Of a stretch of 24,218 bases of DNA, positions 16,459 through 24,218 are shown in pieces. Under the pieces are notes generated by a model. It was not told the DNA's origin. It worked only from the letters and a program-made list of their open reading frames with translations, and made no database searches. The stretch comes from Leidyana gryllorum EB-2025a (Eukaryota; Protista; Apicomplexa): the NCBI GenBank assembly GCA_048772705.1, contig JBLWGC010000018.1:1-24218 (forward strand), given 5' to 3'. Every line of letters begins with the position of its first letter. Position 1 is the first letter of the stretch. A program made the position numbers and the translations under genes.

Positions 16459-16534
16459 GTCATTGAACTGCTCGAGCAAAGTGCTCCAGTAATCTCCGTC
16501 AATAGTGACTCTTTCGTTATCTCCGCCCTGTATT

Positions 16535-16606
16535 GCCTTCTTAGCTTAGGGGCAGAGCATTCGCTTAGTAAGCGAAAGGCCGCCGGTTCGATTCCGGCAG
16601 AAGGCT
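16535..16606 (+). tRNA. trnT: tRNA-Thr(AGT)
   Basis: Intact. Confidence 0.91.
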
Positions 16607-16662
16607 CGACTCCATCCACTGGGCACCTGTAAGCTTATCGCAAACTCCAATGATCGTAGCTG

Positions 16663-16735
16663 AGCCTCGTAGCTCAGCCATCAGAGGGTAAATCTCTTAG
16701 CCACGAAGCCGCAGGTTTGGAACCTGCCAGCACCT
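16663..16735 (+). pseudogene. full-length decayed tRNA-Asn relic, loop now CTCTTAG (also ~8345-8408, ~18807-18878 -)
   Basis: Colinear with Asn 19417-19489. Confidence 0.65.
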
Positions 16736-16750
16736 GAGGCACCCATAGGG

Positions 16751-16810
16751 GGCTGTTTGGTCTAGTTATATGATTCTTCTTTCGGGTGGAAGAAGTCCTG
16801 GGTTCAATGC
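16751..16810 (+). pseudogene. 3'-truncated tRNA-Pro pseudogene
   Basis: Same truncation as 8424-8480. Confidence 0.75.
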
Positions 16811-16924
16811 CACGTCTCTCCAAGGTCGGCTACTATACGCGGCTCCCACTCGTACAATCCCGAATGAAGTCTAGACCAACTGAGACAAAATCTGAGTTGC
16901 AGCAGTTGTGAGGGGCTGGAACTG

Positions 16925-16996
16925 CTCCGAGACCGGGAATCGAACCCGGGTCTTCCGCGTGACAAGCGGAAATACTGACAACTATACTATCTCGGA
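16925..16996 (-). tRNA. trnD: tRNA-Asp(GTC), variant
   Basis: G18T; otherwise intact. Confidence 0.68.
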
Positions 16997-17089
16997 CGCT
17001 CTGGACATGCCGGCCTGAAACCCCAAAAGTCCTTCCATCTTGAGATTCCAAGGACAGGAAACGCGGGAACAGCGAGCCAACAACATTCC

Positions 17090-17169
17090 GGCGAGATGTC
17101 CTAGTGGTCTGAGGCGCTGTGTTCAGGTCGCAGTCCGAAAGGGCGTGGGTTCGGATCCCACTCTTGTCA
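17090..17169 (+). tRNA. trnL: tRNA-Leu(CAG), variant
   Basis: CTGTG-TTCAGGT-CGCAG; G10T, A58G. Confidence 0.62.
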
Positions 17170-17229
17170 GCCGTTGTATCGGCACTCGGTCAGCCACTGG
17201 ATGCAGAAGGTTTTCCATGTAGAGCGGAT

Positions 17230-17302
17230 GGGCGGCTAGCTCAGATGGTAGTGCGCTCGCTTCGCATGCGAGAGGTACTGGGATCCATACCCAGGTCGTC
17301 CA
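17230..17302 (+). tRNA. trnA: tRNA-Ala(CGC), variant
   Basis: Loop TTCGCAT; D-stem mismatch, G57C. Confidence 0.65.
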
Positions 17303-17417
17303 AAGTACATACGGCTGCACGTGGCGGGAGCCAAACAAACTTACATCTTTGAAGAGTCGCAGACCACAAGTGCCGTTGGGAGAGCAGCGCAGTCAGTGTT
17401 TAGTGTGCCTCTGAAAC

Positions 17418-17490
17418 CGGTCCTGGCAGGTTTCGAACCTGCGACTTTGTGGTTAACAGCCACACGCTCTGCCGACTGAGCTACAAGACC
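17418..17490 (-). tRNA. trnN: tRNA-Asn(GTT)
   Basis: Intact. Confidence 0.94.
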
Positions 17491-17605
17491 CAGCTACAAT
17501 GGTTCACAGGTTAGTATAGACATCCTCCTTTTTGTACCGCAGGATTGCAACCACGTCTTGTCAAAAGGGTACGGCTCTCGGCTAAAGCTGCAGCTGAGGG
17601 AGTTG

Positions 17606-17678
17606 TCCACTGTAGTTTAAGTGGCTAGGATATGCGGCTCTCACCCGCACGATCCGGGTTCAAGTCCCGGCAGTGGAA
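17606..17678 (+). tRNA. trnE: tRNA-Glu(CTC)
   Basis: Intact apart from a D-stem C>T wobble. Confidence 0.88.
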
Positions 17679-17754
17679 GTCATTGAAGTACTCGAGCAAA
17701 GGGCTCCACTGATCTCCGTCAGTAGCCATCGCTTCGTTATCTCCGACTTACATT

Positions 17755-17818
17755 GCCTTCTAAGCTTAGGGGCAGAGCGTTCGCTTCGTAAGCGCCGGCT
17801 CGATTCCGGCAGAAGGCT
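17755..17818 (+). pseudogene. tRNA-Thr(CGT) deletion pseudogene
   Basis: 8-nt deletion across variable loop. Confidence 0.8.
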
Positions 17819-17867
17819 TTGCTCACGACCCAGTCAATTCTATAACTGTTTCCCTCCTGCGCACACT

Positions 17868-17939
17868 TAGCAGTGCGTCGTTTCGATCGACGGACCTTTG
17901 GGTTATGAGCCCAACACTCTTCCACTGAGCTACACTGCT
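17868..17939 (-). tRNA. trnM: initiator tRNA-Met(CAT)
   Basis: Identical to 11809-11880. Confidence 0.94.
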
Positions 17940-18073
17940 CAGTCTGCACCATGGAAGAGGGAGCCGAAATGCGATTTTTGAGATGTTAATTGCCTTGAGT
18001 GCCGAAGTGGTAACGAGGTGGCTGTGTTACTTCTAAAACCTGCTTATCCCATCGGGTCAACCGACAACCAAGA

Positions 18074-18145
18074 GGGCTGTTCTGGGAATCGAACCCAGGA
18101 CTCCTTCCACCCTAAGGAAGGATCATACCACTAGACCAAACAGCC
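18074..18145 (-). tRNA. trnP: tRNA-Pro(AGG)
   Basis: Intact. Confidence 0.93.
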
Positions 18146-18388
18146 GCCTAGCCGGTGGTTCAACCCGCTGGGTACAGTCGAGAGACTCGTCTCACTATGT
18201 GGAGTATCACTCAATGCCATGAGGTAGGCACAGAGGGAGGCTAGCCCAGATGATGAAACGGTGCTTGGTATACGAAAGGTTCCGGGATCGATTCTCAGCC
18301 CATCCGAACTACATAGATGGAACCCTCGCCAGAGTAGTCTGGTTGGCCTATCAACGCTGTCTAGTACTTTGCCAATCACCACTCTACT

Positions 18389-18468
18389 TCCGGTGGGACG
18401 GAATCGAACCGCCGACTATCTGATGCCAGCACTACAGTCAGATGCTCTACCAACTGAGCTACCCCCGG
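18389..18468 (-). tRNA. trnY: tRNA-Tyr(GTA) with 7-nt intron
   Basis: Identical to 11204-11283. Confidence 0.88.
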
Positions 18469-18662
18469 CCGTCCAACTGCTCCGGGGTTCGAAAGGCTCA
18501 ACCCCAGATCTTCGCCCTGTCGGACTGCGGTCTGAGCACAGCGCCTTAGACAAATCGGCCATCTTGCCGGGAAGTTGTTGGCTCGCCGCTCCACGCGTTT
18601 TCTGTGCTTGGAATCTCATAATGGAAGAACTTTTGGGGTTGGAGGCCGGCGTATTCAGAGCA

Positions 18663-18734
18663 TTTGAGATAGTATAGTGGTTAGTAATTCCGCCTGTCAC
18701 TCGGAAGACCCGGGTTCGATTCCCGGTCTCAGAG
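18663..18734 (+). pseudogene. tRNA-Asp(GTC) variant/pseudogene
   Basis: Anticodon-stem mismatch; acceptor substitutions (partly compensatory). Confidence 0.65.
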
Positions 18735-18919
18735 CAGTTCCAGCCCCTCACAACTGCTGCAACTCAGATTTTGTCTCAGCTGGTCTGGCCCCCTGTGGGT
18801 GCCTCAGGTACTGGCAGGTCCCAAACCTGCGACTTTGTGGCTAAGAGACTTACTCTCTGCTGGCTGAGCTACGAGGCTCAGCTACGATGATTGGAGCTGG
18901 TGCCCAGTCGATGCAGTCA

Positions 18920-18991
18920 AGCCTTCTGCGGGAATCGAACCGGCGACCTTTCGCTTACTAAGCGAATGCTCTGCCCCTAAGCTTAGAAGGC
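18920..18991 (-). tRNA. trnT: tRNA-Thr(AGT), variant
   Basis: U8A; T-stem mismatch. Confidence 0.65.
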
Positions 18992-19118
18992 AATATCAGC
19001 TGGTAATCACGCATCAGTCACTATTGACGGCAGTTACTGAGCACATTGTTCCACCAGTCAATCCTTCAACTGCTCCACCCAACGGCAAAGAGGGTGCAAC
19101 TAAGTTTAGAGCTTCCTT

Positions 19119-19191
19119 GCCGCCCTATCTCAGTCGGTAGAGCGCAAGACTTTTAATCTTGCAGTCGCGGGTTCGAGCCCCGCGGGCGGTG
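19119..19191 (+). tRNA. trnK: tRNA-Lys(TTT), variant
   Basis: CAAGA-CTTTTAA-TCTTG on the Lys(CTT) body; G10T. Confidence 0.75.
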
Positions 19192-19225
19192 TGGATCTGT
19201 TGCCTGCAAGCACACTCAGCTGGAT

Positions 19226-19298
19226 TTCCACTGCCGGGACTTGAACCCGGATCGTGCGGGTGAGAGCCGCATATCCTAGCCACTTAGACTACAGTGGA
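19226..19298 (-). tRNA. trnE: tRNA-Glu(CTC)
   Basis: Intact. Confidence 0.93.
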
Positions 19299-19416
19299 CA
19301 ACTCCCTCAGCTGCAGCTTTAGCCGAGAGCCGTACCCTCTTGACAAGACGTGATTGCAGAATCCTGCGGTAGAATAAGGGAGGATCTCTATACTAACCTC
19401 TGAAACATTGTAGCTG

Positions 19417-19489
19417 GGTCTTGTAGCTCAGTCGGCAGAGCGTGTGGCTGTTAACCACAAAGTCGCAGGTTCGAAACCTGCCAGGACCG
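19417..19489 (+). tRNA. trnN: tRNA-Asn(GTT)
   Basis: Intact. Confidence 0.94.
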
Positions 19490-19499
19490 GTTTCAGAGG

Positions 19500-19563
19500 C
19501 TGTGGTCTAGTGGAAGAGTCGCTCGCTGCCATCGAGATAACCTGTGTGCGATTCCCGACTGCA
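19500..19563 (+). pseudogene. decayed tRNA-Gly(GCC)
   Basis: CTGTGGTCTAGTGG...CTCGCTGCCATCGAGA. Confidence 0.65.
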
Positions 19564-19607
19564 AAATGGTAGCATGATGAGTTTGTCGGCGGTTTCGATT
19601 CTGACCG

Positions 19608-19680
19608 TGGGAGTGGAGAGGATCGAACTCTCGACTTCAGGATTATGAGACCTACGCGCTACCGACTGCGCTACACTCCC
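19608..19680 (-). tRNA. trnM: elongator tRNA-Met(CAT)
   Basis: TAGGT-CTCATAA-TCCTG (U31:U39 typical of eukaryotic elongator Met); GTTCGATC. Confidence 0.92.
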
Positions 19681-19756
19681 CCTCCGACTTTCTCCGAGGA
19701 ATCACCTGAACCCAGAACCATGCTGCCAGGCAGGTTGGGTCAAGATACAACAAAGC

Positions 19757-19828
19757 GGGCTGTTCTGGGAATGGAACCTAGGACTTCTTCCACCCGACGG
19801 AGGTATCATACCACTACACCAAACAGCC
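19757..19828 (-). pseudogene. tRNA-Pro(CGG) pseudogene
   Basis: Multiple D-arm, anticodon-arm and T-loop substitutions. Confidence 0.72.
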
Positions 19829-19916
19829 GCCTGTCGTTCGTGCAACCCGCTGAAGACAGTTTAAAAAGTGGTCATCCTATGTTGAGAACCAACAAATGCG
19901 ATGGGGTCTGCACCAC

Positions 19917-19989
19917 GGGCGACTAGCTCAAATGGTAGAGCGCTCGCTTCGCATGCGAGAGGTACTGGGATCGATACCCAGGTCGTTCA
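19917..19989 (+). tRNA. trnA: tRNA-Ala(CGC)
   Basis: Intact; G3:U70; extra G2:U71. Confidence 0.88.
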
Positions 19990-20104
19990 AAGTACGTACA
20001 GCTGCACGTGGCGGGATCCAAACAAACTTCCATCTTTGAAGGGTGGCAGACCACAAGTGCCATTGGCACACCAGCGCACTCAGTGTTTAGTGTGCCTCTG
20101 AAAC

Positions 20105-20177
20105 CGGTCCTGGCAGGTTTCGAACCTGCGATTTTGTGGTTAACAGCCACACGCTCTGCCGACTGAGCTACAAGACC
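20105..20177 (-). tRNA. trnN: tRNA-Asn(GTT)
   Basis: One variable-loop substitution. Confidence 0.9.
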
Positions 20178-20294
20178 CAGCTACAATGGTTCAGAGGTTA
20201 GTATAGAGATCCTCCTTTTTCTACAACAGGATTCTGCAACCACGTCTTGTCAAGAGGGTACGGCTCTCGGCTAAAGCTGCAGCTGAGGAAGTTG

Positions 20295-20367
20295 TCCACT
20301 GTAGTCTAAGTGGCTAGGATATGCGGCTCTCACCCGCACGATCCGGGTTCAAGTCCCGGCAGTGGAA
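20295..20367 (+). tRNA. trnE: tRNA-Glu(CTC)
   Basis: Intact. Confidence 0.93.
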
Positions 20368-20416
20368 ATCCAGCAGAGTGTGGTTGGAGGTAACGGCTTC
20401 CAGAGACATTGATTTG

Positions 20417-20489
20417 CACCGCCCGCGGGGCTCGAACCCGCGACTGCAAGATTAAGAGTCTTGCGCTCTACCGACTGAGCTAGGGCAGC
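20417..20489 (-). tRNA. trnK: tRNA-Lys(CTT)
   Basis: Intact; U3:G70 wobble. Confidence 0.9.
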
Positions 20490-20563
20490 AGGAATGCAAG
20501 GACACAAAACCCGATGGCCCGACATCTTAAGTGGCTTTGGTACCCACCAGCCTCTTGAAGATT

Positions 20564-20636
20564 GTCCGGGTCGTCTAGGTGCTTTCAACAGCAAGTTGTG
20601 GCCGTGCATACCCAGGCCCGAATCCTGGCTTGGATA
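20564..20636 (+). pseudogene. decayed tRNA-His(GTG) relic
   Basis: Copy of 1517-1588. Confidence 0.62.
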
Positions 20637-20757
20637 GTATGTCCCCGATGTCTCGAATGGGAGATGTGGGTGAAGTGTGTCCACACCCACCATCGGGCGT
20701 AGCTGCCCATCTCCTGTCTTTATCGCTACACACTCCCATTTGACGGCTCCGCTAGTT

Positions 20758-20830
20758 GGCGCTATGGCCTAATGGATATGGCATCGGTCTACGGAACCGG
20801 GGATTCTGGGTTCGAGTCCCAGTAGCGTCT
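20758..20830 (+). tRNA. trnR: tRNA-Arg(ACG)
   Basis: Identical to 10744-10816. Confidence 0.94.
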
Positions 20831-20876
20831 GGGTGGATGGCCGGGTTGCAGCCTGTTGAGTCAACAACTATCAGAC

Positions 20877-20948
20877 GGGCTGTTCTGGGAATCGAACCCA
20901 GGACTCCTTCCACCCTAAGGAAAGATCATACCACTAGACCAAACAGCC
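20877..20948 (-). tRNA. trnP: tRNA-Pro(AGG)
   Basis: Intact; U27:G43. Confidence 0.9.
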
Positions 20949-21036
20949 GCCTGTCGGTCGTGCAAACCGCTGAGTACAGTTGAGAGGGTGGTTATACTAT
21001 GTTGAGAACCAACACATGCGATGGGGTCTGTGCAAC

Positions 21037-21109
21037 GGGCGACTAGCTCAGATGGTAGAGCGCTCGCTTTGCATCCGAGAGGTACTGGGATCGATACCCA
21101 GGTTGTCCA
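21037..21109 (+). tRNA. trnA: tRNA-Ala(TGC), variant
   Basis: Loop TTTGCAT; C31:C39 mismatch. Confidence 0.72.
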
Positions 21110-21289
21110 AACTCAGTAGGCCGGCACCTGCCGGTGGTAAGATACAGAGTTGCGACCTCTAAGGAAGGAGTAGCCGAAATGCAATTCTCGAGATGTTAGT
21201 TGCCCTGACTGCCCTACCAAAGTGGGCTAATGAAATGCTGTGTTGGTTCTGAGGGCAACTTGTCCCGTCGGGTTAACCGACGACCAAGA

Positions 21290-21361
21290 GGGCTGTTCTG
21301 GGAATCGAACCCAGGACTTCTTCCACCCAAAGGAAGAATCATACCACTAGACCAAACAGCC
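21290..21361 (-). tRNA. trnP: tRNA-Pro(TGG)
   Basis: CTTCC-TTTGGGT-GGAAG; intact. Confidence 0.92.
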
Positions 21362-21619
21362 GAATGGGAAGGGGGATACAACCGGCTACGTACAGCCGTA
21401 AACTCGAAGTGTGGCTAATTCGTCCTGAAATGAGTACCGTTGCGCAGAATGGGACCCGCACCCATGCAGACTTGCGCCTACCAGTATGTGGCAAGATGCC
21501 TTAGTGGGTAAGGCGCTATTTTCAGACCCCACTCACATGGTCGTGAGTATCTTTCTCCCACCTTGAAAGGGCACTGGCTACCCGCAGAAACCCCAGACTA
21601 CTTATTTCGACGCTGCATT

Positions 21620-21700
21620 GCGAGAATGTCCGAGAGGTTAAGGGGGTGGCCTTAAGATCCACTGGTCAATTCCGCCTGGGTTCGAACCCCACTTCTCGCA
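21620..21700 (+). tRNA. trnL: tRNA-Leu(TAA), distinct body, variant
   Basis: Perfect acceptor GCGAGAA/TTCTCGC-A; loop CTTAAGA; long variable region; two stem mismatches. Confidence 0.7.
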
Positions 21701-22014
21701 TAAGGAGGCAAGTGTCGGGGGAGGGGAATGGAACGGTCGACTACCTGCCGCACCTGCCGCAGTCAGATGCTGTACCAAGTGAGCGAACGCCTGTCGTGTG
21801 ACCCTTTGACATCGAGGTTTGCTCCCGAACCGCACCTTTTGAGTGAGCACCAAACGAAGTCTAAAGCGGAACGAGCTGTGCTGTAAGACGGGCAGTCGAA
21901 CCCAGGTCTTCCGCGTGACGAGCGAAAATACTAAGGACTCCGGTCGACCTGCCCAATGACTTGCATGACTCCACCCTGAGGCAAATAGAGTGTAACTTAG
22001 TTCAGAGTTTCCTT

Positions 22015-22087
22015 GTCATCCTAGCTCAGTCGGTGGAGCGCGAGCCTCTTAATCTTGCAGTCGCAGAGTGAAGTCCCGTGGGCGGTG
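22015..22087 (+). pseudogene. tRNA-Lys(CTT) pseudogene
   Basis: B-box destroyed. Confidence 0.78.
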
Positions 22088-22148
22088 CGGACGAGTGGGC
22101 CGGGGAGTAAGAATGCAGTATGTTGCCTACAAGCACACCCATCTGCAT

Positions 22149-22221
22149 TTGCGCTGCCGAGACTCGAACCGGGATGGTGCGGGTTGGCGCCACATATACT
22201 AGCCACCGAGACCATAGTGGA
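22149..22221 (-). pseudogene. decayed tRNA-Glu
   Basis: Colinear with Glu body, same Lys-Glu module context. Confidence 0.72.
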
Positions 22222-22338
22222 CACGTCACCAAAGTTGCACTGACGAATGGGGGCAGAAAAGGCCTGAGAATTTTGCAACCCCCTCAGGTCGTTATCGAGA
22301 CCGAGAGACCAGCCCGAAAAGCTTAAGCTTGTGAGCAA

Positions 22339-22407
22339 AACCTTCTGCCGGAATCGAACCGGCGACCTTTCGCTTAAGCGAATGCTCTGCCCCTAAGCTA
22401 AGAAGGC
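22339..22407 (-). pseudogene. tRNA-Thr with 3-nt anticodon-loop deletion
   Basis: TTCGC-TTAA-GCGAA; rest essentially intact. Confidence 0.82.
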
Positions 22408-22476
22408 AATGCAAGCCGGGAATCACGCATCAGTCCCTATTGACACAAGAGCACTTTGATCGAGTACTCTAATGAC

Positions 22477-22549
22477 TTCCACTGCCGGGACTTGAATCCG
22501 GATCGTGCGGGTAAAAGCCGCATATCCTAGCCACTTAGACTACAGTGGA
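22477..22549 (-). pseudogene. tRNA-Glu body with TTT anticodon
   Basis: TGCGG-CTTTTAC-CCGCA; G53A. Confidence 0.72.
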
Positions 22550-22765
22550 CGAGTCACAACAGTTGCACTGACGAATGAGGCGCCAGAGAACTGTTAGTCG
22601 GTCTCAGATTGGAAGTTCACCTAGGTTTGGCGGGTGGGCGGCTATCTCAAGTGGTAGAGCGGTGACTTGGCACGAGAGGTCAGTTTAGACACCTATCAAT
22701 GCCGCAGGACAGGCTGAACATGGGGGCATTTGGTCACTCCTCGCGGCATGTCGAATTCGACAGTT

Positions 22766-22847
22766 GGCAACTTGCCCGAGTGGTTAAGGGGGTAGACTTG
22801 AAATCTACTGTTCCTGGCCCGCGCTGGTTCAAATCCAGCAGTTGTCG
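22766..22847 (+). tRNA. trnS: tRNA-Ser(TGA), variant
   Basis: Intact core; variable-arm stem disrupted. Confidence 0.75.
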
Positions 22848-22929
22848 TGCGATCTGATTGGAGGGGCAGACAACAACTCACTCGTGAAACCCCAGAATGG
22901 TGCCTCAATCAGCCATCTGCCATCTTCTC

Positions 22930-23000
22930 TGCGTCTGCCGGGAATCGAACCTGGGTCGTCTCGGTGGCAACGACACAGTCTACCACTAAACCACAGATGC
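22930..23000 (-). pseudogene. tRNA-Gly(GCC) variant lineage, probable pseudogene
   Basis: Same mismatches as 7552 plus acceptor mismatch. Confidence 0.68.
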
Positions 23001-23142
23001 GTGACATCTCCATTCCTGAATACAAACCGAAGGGTCTTAAAACTAGTCCAGGCTGTCCAACTTAGGCCGATACATAAAAACCAGGCTCATCGGATACGTG
23101 GTTCCAGAGACACACGCCCCTTTCGCAGTCCGGAAGCTCCGT

Positions 23143-23212
23143 GCAGCCATCTAGTGGTCACGACGTCTGTTTAACACGCAGAAGGTCCCGAGTTCCATCC
23201 TCGGTGGCTGTA
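23143..23212 (+). pseudogene. tRNA-Val(AAC) pseudogene
   Basis: Shared GGT deletion; G57C. Confidence 0.8.
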
Positions 23213-23264
23213 ACACGCATCGTTCAGGTGAGCATCACGAAATCTAGAGCGGAAGACGATCTAT

Positions 23265-23336
23265 CTCCGACACCGGGAATCGAACCCGGGTATTCCGCGT
23301 GACAGGCGGAAATACTGACCACTATACTATCTCGGA
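23265..23336 (-). tRNA. trnD: tRNA-Asp(GTC), variant
   Basis: G6:G67 mismatch. Confidence 0.78.
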
Positions 23337-23432
23337 CGCTAGTAAAGATGCCGGCCTCCAAACCCCAGAAGTCCTCGCATTTTGAGACTTCACGGACAGA
23401 AAACGTGTAAAGTGGCGAGCCAAGAACGCTCC

Positions 23433-23512
23433 GGCAAGATGGCCGAGTGGTCCAAGGCGCTGTGTTCAGGCCGCAGTCCGAAAGGGCGTGGGTTCGAATC
23501 CCACTCTTGTCA
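23433..23512 (+). tRNA. trnL: tRNA-Leu(CAG)
   Basis: Intact. Confidence 0.93.
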
Positions 23513-23582
23513 GCCGTTGTATTGTATTGGTAGGTAGTCCCCTCTCTTCACTGATAGACAGGTGGTTCGAGCTACATACGGC

Positions 23583-23653
23583 AGCACCTGCCGGGACTCG
23601 AACCCGGGTTACGACCTCGGAAGGGTCGCATCTTACCCTTAGACCACAAGTGC
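23583..23653 (-). tRNA. trnG: tRNA-Gly(TCC), variant
   Basis: A37G, discriminator A73U. Confidence 0.72.
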
Positions 23654-23803
23654 AATTGCGAAAGAGTTGCAGCACCCCGAGACACTCGGGCGATTTCTGC
23701 GCGCCACCATCCGCCATACACCCAAAATTGTCCACCGACTTCAGACTCATTGGCATGTGGTCAGGGATGGATTTCCAACATCTTCAACCTTCAGGTCATC
23801 TTT

Positions 23804-23875
23804 AGGGCACGCGCGGAGTTGAACCACGGACTTGCTGATCTGCAGTCAGCTGCTCTACCACTGAGCTACGTACCC
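23804..23875 (-). tRNA. trnC: tRNA-Cys(GCA)
   Basis: GCTGA-CTGCAGA-TCAGC; U73; intact. Confidence 0.92.
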
Positions 23876-23971
23876 ACAAAACACCCGTCATACTCGCTCA
23901 ACTAGATTCTGTCTTCTCGTTTGATGCAAAACGGCCGTTATTGTGCACGAGCTTGAACAACAAGGAGTCAT

Positions 23972-24042
23972 GCATCTGTGGTCTAGCGGTAGAATGTCTC
24001 GTTGCCATCGAGACGACCCGGGTTCGATTCCCGGCAGATGCA
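23972..24042 (+). tRNA. trnG: tRNA-Gly(GCC)
   Basis: Intact. Confidence 0.93.
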
Positions 24043-24218
24043 GAAGACACATGATTGTTTTCCCACCATTCCAGGGATTCACGCTTGAGTTGGTGTCTGA
24101 CCCCTCCAACCACATCGTACGACAACTGCTGGATTTGAACCAAGTGGGCTAACGAGGTGGCCGTGTTGGTTCTGGGGCAACTTGTCCCATCGGGTCAACC
24201 GACGACCAAGAGGGCTGT

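Larger units (their letters stand above)
19119..20489. repeat. inverted repeat, arms ~19119-19500 and ~20093-20489 (Lys-Glu-Asn)
   Basis: Glu-Asn spacer is reverse-complement near-identical. Confidence 0.85.

Noticed and set aside
66-24152. All ORFs in the six-frame track (60-156 aa)
   Set aside because: They are short and overlap tRNA genes on either strand. Recurrent peptides (GSIPG, GIEPG, GFEP) are translated T-arms, and no protein family is recognisable.
1-24218. CRISPR-like array of recurring repeats
   Set aside because: The repeats are 70-85 nt tRNAs of many types in both orientations, spacers are themselves repeated, and there are no cas genes.
1-24218. Bacterial, phage or organellar tRNA array
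   Set aside because: ANN anticodons in many boxes, eukaryotic initiator features, a 37/38 intron, no encoded CCA and mixed strands argue for nuclear eukaryotic genes.
1-24218. tRNA-derived SINEs
   Set aside because: No poly-A or simple-repeat tails or target-site duplications. Upstream flanks and the Tyr intron are co-duplicated, indicating DNA-level duplication.

Overview
This window is a non-coding, very dense eukaryotic nuclear tRNA gene cluster with no credible protein-coding gene. Manual reading finds about 130 tRNA genes, variants and recognisable relics on both strands, roughly one per 180 bp. Full-length genes cover 17 amino acids and include initiator and elongator Met. His occurs only as a decayed relic, and no Phe or Trp gene was found. 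Eukaryotic hallmarks are ANN (inosine) anticodons, no encoded CCA, an A1:U72/A54 initiator and an intron-containing Tyr. The region is not a simple tandem array. It is a mosaic of 0.3-1.2 kb multi-tRNA modules copied in direct and inverted orientation, with junctions often at tRNA genes and with spacers largely built from dead tRNAs. Notable points are a 7-nt Tyr intron, near-absence of oligo-T Pol III terminators, tail-to-tail gene pairs, one body per isoacceptor family, and several anticodon-switched copies (Asp->CTC, Pro->AGC, Lys->TTC, Glu->TTT, Gln->CTA). Coordinates and functional/pseudogene calls were made by eye and may be off by a few nt.
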